From contig BQFW01000011.1 of assembly GCA_020891255.1 (NCBI GenBank), positions 1,860,001 to 1,924,000 of the forward strand: DNA of 64,000 bases. Reading direction: 5' to 3'. Shown one piece after another: positions 1 through 12,577 of the stretch (the first letter of the stretch is position 1; the number at the start of each line of letters is the position of its first letter). A program made the position numbers and the translations under genes. A model generated the notes under the pieces. That model was not told the origin of the DNA, ran no database searches, and saw nothing but the letters and a program-made list of their open reading frames with translations. The DNA comes from Entomortierella parvispora E1425. Taxonomy: Eukaryota; Fungi; Mortierellomycota.

Positions 1-663
1 CCCTTGTCCTTCTTTCTTTCTTCCGCATGGTTGCCCTTCCCCCTCACCCCACCGTCTCTTCCCCTTTCCTTGCTCCATGGAGTGACCGAGTGGAGTGGGT
101 GAAGGAAGGAAGGAAGGGTGGCTGCGTGAATGCATGCATGCATGAATGAATGACTGACTGTGGGAAGACAGCCATTGCAAGTGGCGCGAGTGGGAAGGGT
201 TCAGTCGACGATTGCGCGTTCTGGGACAGAACCCTTTGAGCGCGGCACTTGCGCCTTGCCTGCATTGCATGGCATGGCGTGGCCTTGCCTTGCCCGTGAA
301 GATACACGGCAGGGAAGGGAAGGGAAGGGAAAAGCGCGGTGCATTTGTCCCCTTTTGTTCATATCACTCTTGTCGACCTTTGCCTTCCTTCCTCCCTTGC
401 TTTCCCATCCTGCCCATCCTGCCCATCCTGCCCATCCTTCCTTCGTTCCCTTCCCTGGTCTCGTCCCCTGCCCTTGCCTTCATTCCTGACTTTGTTGTCC
501 ATCCGTCTGTCTATCTGTCTATCCGTCTGTCTGTCTGTCTGTGATCGACCATCATCCTCACTCTATACACATCAACTTCCTCTTTCTTCTTCTTCTCTCT
601 CTCTCTTCCTCTTTCTCTTGCCTTTCTCTATCTCCTTCAAAGGAGAATAGCCATCGTCTCAAC

Positions 664-3300
664 ATGGACAGCCCTCAGCGTCATGTGCTTTCCTCCGGGG
701 ACGACAATTCAGACTCGGACGGGGGCCTCTCTGGCTACGGTGATGCTGGATATGATGCTGATGACCAGCAAGCCTCCTCCGACTCTGAGCTCGTCTCCCA
801 TCCCTCCGACAACGAGGGCCCCCTTCGCTCTCTCTCTGCCTCTCCCTCGCCCGTCCCATCGACCTCCTACCATCAACACAACATGCACTTGGCGGAAACC
901 AGGTCCTTGCGCTATAGTCGCGACGATGATGAGGATACCGACAGCCAAGAGGACGAGGACGATGAGGAGGATGACGATGATACCCCGCTGCCGTCCTTCT
1001 CCTTGTCGCACCACGACCACGAACTGGAGCAGCTTGTCCCCGCCTCCCGCGACCTGGATGACTTCTGCCTCGTCTACTCTTCTGATCTCGACTCGCCCAG
1101 TCGCCCACAGAGTGCCTTGTCCCACCTTTCTGACCAGGACCACCCAGGCGGGCCAATGCAATTTATCTATCCGTCCATGGTCATATCGCCTTCGCCACCC
1201 CCCAGAAGCGCCCCTGTGAGACGCACGTCTGCATCCTCAAGGTCCGTGGCCTCGTCGTCGTCAGTGCAGCCACAGACACCAGAGGCAGCGTCGAGCCAGT
1301 CAGAAACACTTGCCTTCTTGTCCTCCGCAGACACAAGCTCGAGAACCGTTGCTAAACCATCTCCCCCACAAGGTTCTACTGGCCCCCTCGAGAGCTCTAC
1401 AGAGCCCCCGCACGAGCCTACGTTGGCGACCCATGACATCCCTCTGCCCAAGGTTGCACCTTCCCATCGGGTGACCTTGGAGACCACCCACACCGCGACA
1501 GCCGAGCCCGCACCATCGGCACCTGATCAGGAGACAAAGTCTGTAAAGAGCAGCAGTGCACTAGAGACTCATTCTGCTGGAGTGGACTCTGTGCCTGTGG
1601 TGAATGCAAAGAAGCAGACCAACACTTCCACGACGATCTCAACCATTTCAAGCCACAAAAGAACAATGCGAGCTGTGCCCGAGGCCCATCCCCATCAGGA
1701 AGAGCTTTCCCGAGTTAGTTCCGAGGACGAAAAAATCTGGGTCGCCTCTCCGATGCCGACCATCTCGGAAGCAGAGGCCTCCAGGCTTATCCCAAGAGTG
1801 TCTACGCCTCCAGTGCCTGCAACCAAACTAATCATTTCCGAATCACTACCTCCCGTTCTCGAGCCACCGTCGCGTAATAGAGTGCGAACTGTGGTCATTG
1901 GATTGGCAGGAATGGGCCTGTACGTCTTGGTGCTTTTTGCAGCATACTCTTATGGGGCATGGACGGCACGACCAGCACATGCAGAGATATCCCATATTCG
2001 GTACGCTCATGATCACCGGCTTGCAGTGGTTCAGCTTCAGACATACACCGCCAATCTCAAATTAAAGAAAAACACCCGCCCAGAGGAATACCACATCAGG
2101 GTTCTGACAAGCGACACTCCTTGGAGATTGGAGGATGCCCCTCCCCATGCCACTCTCTTTGGAGAGCCGATTGTGGGCGACTTTTTGAGTGGAACTTATA
2201 TTTACGTCCGCAGTTTACATCGACCCTCAAGATCTCAACAGAATCGTCGTCCTCTGGCTCTCCTCCAGCAGGAATCGCCATGGGCTTGCTCGGATGTCTC
2301 TTACTTCCTTCATGTCTGGTTCGCGAACGGGACCAGGATTTCGGATCATGCACCCGAGATTTTCACCACTCGAAGCAATGGACTTGGAAAGCCCCTGTTT
2401 TGTCTAACCCGCAGACCACCTGTGCTACAGGAGCCTCTTGGATCCGCCAACGTTGTGGAAGATAAGGAGAGCCAAGGATTTGAAGACGATGACGACGACG
2501 ACGACGAAGCAGACTATATTCGGTATTGGACTGAGCGGTGGCACGACATGTCAACGGCAGCCACCACAAACATTTTGGGACTCTCCAAACGGGTCAGCTG
2601 GACAGAGATTCAAAAATCAGTCACTGAGGTTCCCTACATCATCGAACAGGCACTCATGTACACGCGGAGAACTGTGGTGATGGCGGCGGAATACTTTGTT
2701 CGATGGGCTCAAGCATTCCTTTTCGAGTCGGAGGGATCTTTTCAGCAACGGACCAACTCAGCTTTTGAGCGAGCACGCGCGAATGCAAAGACCACCAAAG
2801 GAAAGGCGACGTACAGACTACGAGCGCTCGCGGAAAAGATGCACTTGGTGATCCCTGAGCAGAATCCCTATGAGCAGACCATGGCTGCGTTCAAGGAGCA
2901 ACTTCGACAGATTCAACGGACGGTCAATGAAGGTGCAGAAAAGCTTTCGACCAGGAATGTGCTTCAAGTGGCGGATGATATCCTTTTGGAAGCAGAGGCC
3001 GGAGTGGAAGCGATCATGCAATCCAAGACGATGAAAAAAGTCACCAAGGCTGCTCATGTGGACGACATCAAGAGGCAAGCCAAGAAAGTGGCGCGTAAAG
3101 CCGAGGACAGCGTTGAGGCGGTGATGCAGTCGAGACTGATCCGCCAGATGGGTGACAATTTTAACAACCGAATGGAGGAACTGGAGGCGACTGCGGTGGG
3201 CAAAGTAGTGAGTCGTAAATCCAAGGAGCTCAAGAAGGAAGCAAGACGCTACTGGCGACGGTTGAATCGAGAACTCGCCCTGGATGCCCTTGGACTCTGA
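664..3300 (+). CDS. Uncharacterised single-pass membrane protein: acidic disordered N-terminus, one TM helix, globular middle region, helical/coiled-coil C-terminus
   Basis: Uninterrupted ORF 541-3300. The likely start is ATG 664 (MDSPQRH), downstream of a pyrimidine-rich 5' leader. Hydrophobic stretch VVIGLAGMGLYVLVLFAAYSYGAW at about 1891-1962. No family recognised. Confidence 0.8.
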   Translation: MDSPQRHVLSSGDDNSDSDGGLSGYGDAGYDADDQQASSDSELVSHPSDNEGPLRSLSASPSPVPSTSYHQHNMHLAETRSLRYSRDDDEDTDSQEDEDDEEDDDDTPLPSFSLSHHDHELEQLVPASRDLDDFCLVYSSDLDSPSRPQSALSHLSDQDHPGGPMQFIYPSMVISPSPPPRSAPVRRTSASSRSVASSSSVQPQTPEAASSQSETLAFLSSADTSSRTVAKPSPPQGSTGPLESSTEPPHEPTLATHDIPLPKVAPSHRVTLETTHTATAEPAPSAPDQETKSVKSSSALETHSAGVDSVPVVNAKKQTNTSTTISTISSHKRTMRAVPEAHPHQEELSRVSSEDEKIWVASPMPTISEAEASRLIPRVSTPPVPATKLIISESLPPVLEPPSRNRVRTVVIGLAGMGLYVLVLFAAYSYGAWTARPAHAEISHIRYAHDHRLAVVQLQTYTANLKLKKNTRPEEYHIRVLTSDTPWRLEDAPPHATLFGEPIVGDFLSGTYIYVRSLHRPSRSQQNRRPLALLQQESPWACSDVSYFLHVWFANGTRISDHAPEIFTTRSNGLGKPLFCLTRRPPVLQEPLGSANVVEDKESQGFEDDDDDDDEADYIRYWTERWHDMSTAATTNILGLSKRVSWTEIQKSVTEVPYIIEQALMYTRRTVVMAAEYFVRWAQAFLFESEGSFQQRTNSAFERARANAKTTKGKATYRLRALAEKMHLVIPEQNPYEQTMAAFKEQLRQIQRTVNEGAEKLSTRNVLQVADDILLEAEAGVEAIMQSKTMKKVTKAAHVDDIKRQAKKVARKAEDSVEAVMQSRLIRQMGDNFNNRMEELEATAVGKVVSRKSKELKKEARRYWRRLNRELALDALGL

Positions 3301-3698
3301 AATTTGTTTGTTTGTTATCAAGTCTGTTGTCCTACCTATTTCCTCTCTTTTTCTTCCTTTCACTTCTTTTCTTTATCGATGCTGGGCAAGCTACCGCTGC
3401 TTGATCTTTTGCATTGATAGTTGTATCTACCCTCCCTTTACCCATTCCCAGTGTTGCCCCTTGCCCATGTCGTTTGTTTCTCTTCCTTTCCTTTCTTTTT
3501 TGCCTGTTTTTCCTTTCTTTTTACTTTTTTCCCTTTTTTTTCCCTTTCACTTTTTTCTGCTCCTTCCACGACGAATAAAGACTTTGATGTTTACTCTTTT
3601 TGCTTCCTGGATATCTATCTGCCTCCATCCTTCAAGACCTGAAATCCTTGGCACGAGTATGGAACTGTCTTTAACCTCTTGGTTCTTGGCTCTAGGAC

Positions 3699-6600
3699 TC
3701 AAAGCCCCACCAAAACTCGGAGATGGGCCGCGTTCTGGGCACCAGTCTCGTTGACCAAGCTTGTAAAGACCGAATCTGGGTTGAGGAGCAGATTTCTAGG
3801 TGTGTCGTACTCGGCCACTTGTCCTTGGTGCATCACCATGATTCTGTCGTAATCAATAACAGTGTTGATACGATGGGCGATTGTGATCACCGTCGAGGAT
3901 GCAAAATCATGCCGGATCGCCTTCTGAATCAACGCATCTGTGGCCATGTCCACACTTGCCGTGGCTAGAAATATTCAAAATAAAATAAGCGGTGAGATTC
4001 GCAATCAAAACATGCATTGCTTGTTTTTTTTTTTTTTTTTTTTTTTTGGCCATTGTCTCTCTCAAACTTACCTTCATCCAGAACGACAACCTTGGATTTC
4101 GCCAAGAGGGCTCTCGACAGACACACGAGCTGTCTCTGTCCCACACTCAGGTTCTCGCCTTGGGCCGAGACCATCGCGTCCAGCCCACCTTCCTGAGCTT
4201 GGACATAGGTCTTCAAATCGCTCGTTTCCAACACCTGCCAGAGTTCTTGCTCGGTGTACCTGCCAAGAGGGTCCAAATTGTATCGGAAAGTTCCTTGAAA
4301 GAGCACGGGGTCTTGCGGGATGATGCCGATACGCGAACGGAGGAGACGCGTCCCCAATGTTTGTGTGTCGACCGAGTCCAGAAGAATGTGGCCAGAGTCC
4401 AGTTCGGAGAGGAGGAAGAGCGCCTGGATCAGGGATGATTTACCAGCGCCAGTTCGACCCACAACCGCCACTTTGATTTTTTAAGAATGCGAAAGAGGTC
4501 AAGGAAGAGAAAGAGATGTTAGCGATAACTGCACCTTGGGGCCACTGGAAACGATTGAGAGCAAAGCAAAGGAATTCCACCTACACTTCTCGCCCGGCTG
4601 GATGTTGAACGAAACATCACACAGAACCGGAGGCAGGTCAGGACGGTAGCGCATCGAGACGTGATCAAAAGAAAGTGCACCCTGGCTGGGCCACGCGTGC
4701 TCTACGGCCGAATCTTGCCCCTCCCTTGTCACGTCCGTTTCCACCACCGCCACCACCTCTGAGAACTCGGCAACAGCGCCGCCTTGCTGCGTCTGTTCAC
4801 CCGCAGACACATTTTTGTCCGTGGGCTTCTCCGTCTCTCGCTCTTGACGCAAGTTCTTTACATAATGCCAGAGTCGCTCTGCAGAATTCATATTGTTTTC
4901 CAAAGTCGACAACCTCTGGACGCCCCAATTCATATCCCCCGAGGTTCTGGCCAAATAACTCAACACCAGTCCAGCACTGCTCGGGTTGATCTTGCCTCGA
5001 GTCGCCACCATCATCAACACGGTCGCAAAGGTCAAGCTCGCGCCCAAGACGTTCACCCGGATCGAGAGCCATCGCGATCCTATCTGGAACATGTAATAAG
5101 GCGCGCTCGAGGTATCAATCCAGCCTTCGTTTTTGAGAATGGCCTTCTCGAGGGCCCGGAAGGCCTTGAGGGTCGGGAGGCCCGTGAGGGATTCGGAAAA
5201 GAAGGCGTACAGGTGAGAGCGAAGGTTCGAGTCCAGTCGCTTGATCTCGCGAGAGGTCGTGCGGTAGTAGATCGAGATGAAGGTGTACGCGCACAGAATG
5301 GGAACCACGCCCAAGAACATCCAGGGAAAGACAATGACCACGAGGGACAGGGATCCCATCAGGGTCACGACGGTAATCAAAAAGTCGTTCAGAGTGCTCC
5401 ACAGGACGTTGTCGAGCGTGTCGACATCTCGACTGAACCTGCGGAGACAAAAAAAAAAAAAAAAAAAGAAAACAATCATTCAGATGAGTGAAAAAAAAGT
5501 GAACTCTCCTCGTCGTATTTTCAATCCCTCGAAAAAGGGTATGATCCCACACGGTTCTCTACCTGTTGAGAATACGACCCATGGGTGTGGTATCAAAAAA
5601 GGCAAGAGGCGAGTAGAGAACCTTCTTGAAGGCCTCATCATGCATCGCATTCGCTGTCCGAAGGACAGCATACGAGAGAAGCATGGACGCCATAAAGACC
5701 AGAACCATCTGGCCCACCGCCCAAATGATATACACACTCATATAAATCCCAAACGAAAAGTCAAACTGCTTCTCGCTCCACCAACTCAGCCACTGATTGC
5801 CCCTGTAATTGTTTGTCAAAAAGTGGAGAGAGGATCAAGTGTTAGCAATCATGGAACCAAAAGTTTTCTTTTAGGGACATTGACTTTTCCCTTGGGGGAA
5901 CAATCACCCCTTTCCCGATCGTGAAAACCGTACATGACATTGGCAACCTGTTGCAAAAGAAAGAGAGCAAAGACTGAAGACCAGAGCCAGCGACCTGACG
6001 CGTTCAGGTATCCACTGTAAACATTTCCCTTGACCGCGCCCGATTCGCGTTCTTCCTCAGTCATGAGCTTGACCTGAACCTTAGCATTGGCTACGGCAGT
6101 ATCTCCACCTTCCTCTATGATCTCCTCCTCCAAAAGAGCCTCGTCTTCCGCAGCACTGATATCCATGAAGGAAGAGGCTTTATCCATGGACCTTCTTTTT
6201 GGCAAGACTTCCGTTACTTTGGTTGACTTTTGATCTTCATCCTCCAGTGACGGTTCTGCCTTCAATCCTCCATACTGGGCCATCAGGGCGCAAAACTCCC
6301 CGTCCCCTTTGGCCATGAGATCCTTGAACGTGCCCTCTTCTGCAATGGAACCATTCTTCATGCAGAGAATATAATCCACATCGGGAAGGACGTGGAGCTG
6401 ATGAGTCGCCATGACTCGAGTTCGGTCCTTCAACGTCTTCAACACGCAGTCTTCCCAGAGCCTCTTGCCAACGTGCGCATCCACGGCTGACAAGGGGTCA
6501 TCCAAAATGACCATCCCTGCTCTGAAATAGACTGTTCGTGCCAAAGACAATCTCGCCTTCTGTCCTCCTGACAGGTTCACACCGCGCTCACCAATCTCGG

Positions 6601-8915
6601 TCTGATCCCCAAATGGGAACAGCGCCAGATCCTGCTCCAAAGCACAGGAGCGAATCACCTCTTCATACCGCTCCTTATCGTAAGGGGTATCAAAGAGGAT
6701 GTTGTCGCGAATGGTCGCGTTTTGGATCCAGGCAGTCTGAGACGCGTAGCTGATGTTTGTACCACGAACAATCTCTCCCTCTGTCATGGTCATGTTGCCA
6801 ATCATGGCCTGGAGAAGAGATGACTTTCCGGATCCAACAGGTCCCACTACTGCAACCAGACTTCCACGCGGAATCTGGACATTGATGCGCGATAGATAAG
6901 GCACTGTAGAACACTCCACACTCCCTTCACTTTCTGATCCTTCACTTTCTGATCCTTCACCCCTCTCATGAACAATGTTACTATCTAAACTAATCTCGGA
7001 TTCAGAAGACGTGGTAGCAATGGAAGAACTTGCGGAACTTGAGGGCAACTGTTCCCACCGGAAACTGGCATCCTTCATCGACAATGCAAAAGCATGGCTT
7101 GGGTCTGGAGGAGGGATCAATTCAGTCTCGTCAGACAGCAAAAACTTCTCGATGCGTTTCATGGCTATATAGGCATCCACACAAGCGGTGTAGGCCGAGG
7201 GCAGGAGCGAGACTGGAACGCGGAGGACGGTGAAAAAGGCCAGGGCTGGGAACACAACGGAGGACTGGAGATCGTTGCCCAAGGCTGCGTACATCACAAA
7301 CGAGAGAGTCGAGGCAAACACAGGAAGTGACTGCCCCAAAGAAGAAAGAGACAGAGAGAGAGAAAAAAGGACAAAGCTCATTAGAAAGAGGCGTCAAAGG
7401 GCAGGGGTAGATAGGGACGTATAGCTATCAGAAAGGAAAAAGCACTCACAGCAGAAGTGGCGGCGATCGCGCCACGGATGTAAAGCAACCTCCCCACATT
7501 CTTGAGTTCAGCCTTTCTGATATCAGACAATTTTCCAAGGAAACTATATCATCCATCGACGCGCGTTGTCGCGTGTTAGTCACAGACCCAAACTCAGACA
7601 CAGAAACGCGTCAGATTGGCCAATGCGATCATTCAACAAAAAAAAAAAGAAACACCCACCTATCCTCCCACGCAAAAAACTTTATGACTTTGATCCCTTG
7701 CAGGATCTCAGAGGTCAGCTTGATTCTTTGATCAGTGCTCTCTGACGCTTTCTTTCGAATGGGTCCCAACTTGGACATGGCCCAAGCCTGGACCGGGTTT
7801 ACCAAAATTAACAATGCGGCCCCCAGCAAGGCCGAGGGACCCATCAAATTGATCAACAAGCCAACAATAACAATGGTATATATAGGAACAGAGAAGGCCA
7901 AGGCACCCGAAATCATTCCAGAATCAATTCTTGACGCATCCGTGGACATGAGGTTGACGATCGCACCGTCTGGATAGATGAGGTGCGACTGGGCCGAGAG
8001 CGCGGTGGCCTTGCGGAACATGAGGTCAATCAGGGCAGCACGGATCAGGATCCCCATTCGAACGGAACCGAGGTTCCAGCACTGGTAAAAGAGGGCTTGG
8101 GCCAGCCCTAACACGAGCATGCCTACGGCAAGACCGTAGCCGTACGAAGCTGGGAGTGGGTTGGCCGTGGACGAAGAATCGAGAAAGTCAATGACTTTCT
8201 GCAGCATCAACGGCGACACCATTTGACAGGCATCTAAAAGGTAAAGAAAACGATTACAACCAAGAGGAGCGACTCTTTTTTTGATTAGAACTTTCGGCAA
8301 GAGACAAGACGTGAATATGAGTACTTTTGTTCACATACCTCCGAGCTCGAGTCCAATCATGGACATGTAATACCGTCCCCAAAAGGTCTTGAACGTGGCT
8401 CGGACCAACGACGGAGTCTGGTTGTTCTTGGACGCGGCGGCCCGCTTCCTCTCCAATTGCCATTGATGGTTCAATTGACAAGACAGGACTTGGGACCTAT
8501 TCTTGTCGAGCATCTGGTAGATGTCGTCCTCTTCGATTCGACGCTTGTAGCCCTTGCGATAGACACTGTTGAGCCACCACAGTGTGATGCGGGACAGGGC
8601 AATGGCATCGTTCTCCGGGGAGACGAGCCCTTTCTTGGGGCCTGGGGTGTCTTGGCTGCTGCCCGTGGCCTGTGGGCCAGGAGGGACGGCGGTGGGAGTA
8701 GCCAGTGTGGGTGCAGGGAACGATGTGGTAGTAGTAGCAGCAGCAGCAGCAACAGAGGTATTCTCCACTTCTCTCTCATGTTCACGGTCAAGGCCTCTCG
8801 CCATAGCCAAGACACCGCTGCCATCACCACCACCACCGGAACCGATAGGTGCACCTGCACCAGCACACTCTTTCTTGTTGTTGTTGTTCATTGGGGAAGG
8901 GGATGAGGGATGCAC
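3699..8915 (-). CDS. ABCC/MRP-type (YOR1-like, no TMD0) ABC transporter, paralog 1, multi-exon
   Basis: NBD1 has [22 protein letters not shown] and [13 protein letters not shown]2 has [20 protein letters not shown] and VVLDE. TMD2 has [13 protein letters not shown]. Exons are joined by GT-AG introns. Confidence 0.95.
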
Positions 8916-9318
8916 GCTCTTATTTCACAGATTCAATTGGTCTCTTCTGATGCTATGATTCAATTTAGCAACAAGGATGGGGGGGATGAGGGACCAATGA
9001 GGGAAACAAAAGACGGAGCCACACCGCTGTCCCTTTTATACCAGGCAAAGGGCCAGTCCAGGATCGGGTCTCGATTCCTTTGTCAAAATGACTCCCAAAA
9101 ACTGCGCAGCAATGGACTCAATGGACCAGGCACGGGTGGCTTGTGCCGGGTGAACTGACTGGCCTGGATGCGGCCCAATCACAGTCTCACCTGGCGTGTG
9201 TGGGTGTGCCTGCCTGTTCTTTGTGCGACCACGGAACGCTTTTCGCGTTTTTTTTTTTTTTTTTTTTTTTTGTGTGTGTCTTCACTCTTCCCTCATTACA
9301 TCAAAAAGACCCCCCACC

Positions 9319-10864
9319 ATGACCTGGTCAGAAGATATGAGATGGCTAGCCATCAGCATGTGCTACTTTAGGTTGATGCCCTCGGAACTGGCAGCAGCCC
9401 AACTTGGGGTTGGGGCAGGAACAATTCGCAATTGGTGTGGTAAAGAAAGAAAAAAAAAATGTTGGCTAGACACGACCCCCACCCATTGCTCTCCTCCGTC
9501 TGTCAAACCAGAAGAACCAGGTTCCATAGTCTGACCTCTTTTCAAAATCCACTTTGCTCCTCCTCTACATCTGCGCAGCAATATTTGATAAAGTGGGCTC
9601 GGTCGACAGGGAATTTCCCGTGGACATGAAAAAGAAACGATGGCCCGATCCAGCCGTCTACTCGCATGTGCGAGCCTACATCAAGAACCGTCCCGTCCTC
9701 CATCTCGAGCCACTGCAAAAAGAGTTGAACACTGCCTTTCCAAATCTAGCTGGGTACTTCTCGCTTCCCACACTCTGCAGCGCCTTGAGGCATGACATGG
9801 CCATGTCCAGAAAGGTCCTCAGGCGGCGAGCCAAGGAACTCGGCAAGACGAATAGATCGGAGATCAAGGATCGACACAGAGACTTATCGACCGATTCTCC
9901 CTCTCATCCGCCTTTACTTTTGGCGACACCCGCTACCGCAAGTGCACGGTCAGTTGGAACCCGAGACCCTGTGGAAAAACTCGCGAAGGAAGTAAAATCA
10001 AACAAACGACTTCCCCCTTCCCCCACAGAGTACCAATCTAACCCAGAGCGACGATGGCGGCTGATTGAAGAGGAAGCAGTGGATGATGAGATGGAGCGAG
10101 ACGGGGCTGACCCAAAGCAGCCACAGGAAAAAGAGCAACAGCAACAGCAACAGCCCCCTCGTTCTGGCATGCCAACGGGCAGTATATCAATGGAGGAGAC
10201 TCTGCAGAGCCAACGTCCAGATATCTTCCAGCTTCCTTCCAAGATCCAGATCTCACTGAACTTCAAGAGAGGGGAGCCCAGAGGAGCTCCACGGTCGATA
10301 AAAGCATGGCCAACTCCAACATGGACCCATTACAAAGAGGACGGCTTCAGTGTCCTGGTCGGTCGAATCTCAAATCATCTCAGAAATTTACAGGCAATCG
10401 ATATCAAAAACCGTGGACTTTACTGGCCTGGATCCGTGCCTTATATTCAACGGTCACACAGCACAAAGCAGATGAATTATCCTTCGCTCAACGAGGATAA
10501 CTGCTATAGAGCATTGGCCAAAGCCTGGTATAACGAAAAGAAACGGGTGGGGGACGAGGGAGACGTTCAAGTCAAGGTCTTTGTTTACTTAAAGGACAAG
10601 AACATTGAGAACCAAGCCATCCAACACACCCAGGTGCATGCATCAACAGAGACATGGGCTGCGGCGCCCATGGCGCGTCGAATGGACAAATCTCAGGCGA
10701 CACCCGTTCCAAGTCAGGAGACTGAGCGGAGGGGGTCTCTTTTGGTCCCTGGCGCTGATGAAACTTGTCAAGTCAGAGTTCAAATGTGTGATAACCAATG
10801 GGTCCGCTTGCGAATCCACATGGGGGATTTGAAACAAGCACTCGGCCTCGGACCCGCATCCTAG
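9319..10864 (+). CDS. Two-exon chimeric gene: Tc1/IS630-like transposase HTH DNA-binding region fused to an unrelated C-terminal domain, no DDE domain
   Basis: ATG 9319 in a CACCATG context. Exon 1 (9319-9439) reads MTWSEDMRWLAI...LGVGAGTIRNWC. A GT-AG intron at 9440-9578 joins in frame to exon 2 (AIFDKVGSV...WPDPAVYSHVRAYI...TLCSALRHDMAMSRKVLRRRAKE), resembling IS630/Tc1 N-termini. Confidence 0.7.
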
Positions 10865-10995
10865 TCGTATATACATTGATGTAATGAGATAGTCGTAGTA
10901 GAAATAAAGTCCTCTAGATAATATCAGTTTACATCGAGCAACATCTGGAAGAAAGGTGAAAGGTATATGTATTAGGGCATTCTAGTAATGGATGA

Positions 10996-12544
10996 TCAGA
11001 GTCCAGCTAAGGACCGCAAGTGAGCCGCGTTCTGAGGGCCTGTCTCGTTGACCAAGCTTGTAAAGACAGAGTCAGGGTTGAGGAGAAGGTTCCTAGGTGA
11101 ATCATATTCAGCAACCTGCCCCTGGTCCATGACCAAGATCCGGTCATAGTCGATAATGGTATTGATGCGATGGGCAATCGTGATCACAGTTGAGGATGCA
11201 AAATCGAGTCGGATCGCCTTTTGGATCAGCGCGTCCGTAGCCATATCCACACTGGCCGTGGCTAGAAGGTTTAGGAAGGGGGGAAGGGGTCATCCCTGTT
11301 AGCTCAAGAAATCTCGCCTTTTTTTTTTTTGTCATCAAGTTCTCAGCCATCGACAAATTACCTTCGTCCAAAACAACGACTTTGGATTTGGCCAGCAGTG
11401 CTCTCGACAGACACACGAGCTGTCTTTGGCCTACACTCAGGTTCTCACCCTGCGCTGAAATCATCGCGTCCAGTCCCCCTTCCTGTGATTGGACATAGGT
11501 CTTCAAATCGCTGGTCTCCAACACTTGCCACAGCTCTTGCTCCGTATGCCTTGCCAGTGGATCCAGGTTATACCGAACAGTTCCTTGGAATAACACTGGG
11601 TCCTGTGGAATAATGCCAATACTGGATCTTAGATCAACCGTGCCCAATGTCTGGGTGTCAACTCCATCGATCAAGATTTGACCTTGATCCAATTCCGACA
11701 GCAAAAACAAGGCCTGGATCAAGGACGATTTTCCAGCTCCTGTCCGGCCCACCACAGCAAGCTTTTGAGCAGCGTGGACACCAAAAGACACGTTCCGTAG
11801 CACAGGCGGCAGCTCGGGTCGGTATCGCATTGTCACTTTCCGGAATTCAATCACGCCTGCGTTTGGCCAGGATGCATTGGCTTCGCCTGCGACTGTAGTG
11901 GTTGTCGGAGGTCTGCCCTCTGGTCGCTCAGCAGCTCGCTCCTGTTGCAGGTTGTCGATATAATGCGCGAGTCTCTCGGCCGAGTTCATGTTATTCTCCA
12001 ACATTGACAGCCTCTGAACGCCCCAGTTCAGATCACCCGAGATTCTGGCCAAGTAACTCAGAACCAATCCTGCAGCTGCAGGGTTGATCGATTTTCGAGT
12101 AGCCACCATCAGCACCACGGTTGAGAAAGTCAAGATTGCTCCCAAGACATTGACACGGAGGGTGATCCAGCGCGAGCCCATTTGGAACATGTAATAGGGC
12201 GAGTTCGAGTAGTCAATCATGTCCTCATTCTTGACAATGGCCTTGTTCACAACCCCGAAGGCCTTCAACGTGCCCAGACCAGTCAGACTTTCAGAAAAGT
12301 AAGCGTACAAATGAGATCGAAGGTTGGAATCCAGTCGCTTGACCTCGCGCGATGTAGACCGATAATAGATCGAAAGCGCGTAATAGACCCCCAAAAGAGG
12401 TACGATTGCCAAGATGAGCCAGGGGAACACGGTGGCTACCAAAGTCATGGTTCCAATCAAAGTAACGACAGTAATCAGAGACTCGTACAAGGTCGTCCAA
12501 AGGATGTTATCTAGGGTATCGACATCTCGACTGAATCTATACGC

Positions 12545-12577
<33 letters not shown>

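Noticed and set aside
6923-6960. 15-bp direct repeat (GSESEGSESEG) in ABCC paralog 1
   Set aside because: Ordinary slippage in the disordered linker before NBD1.
9000-10995. Intact Tc1/mariner element around the HTH gene
   Set aside because: No DD(E/D) domain, and no TIRs or convincing TA duplication found by eye.
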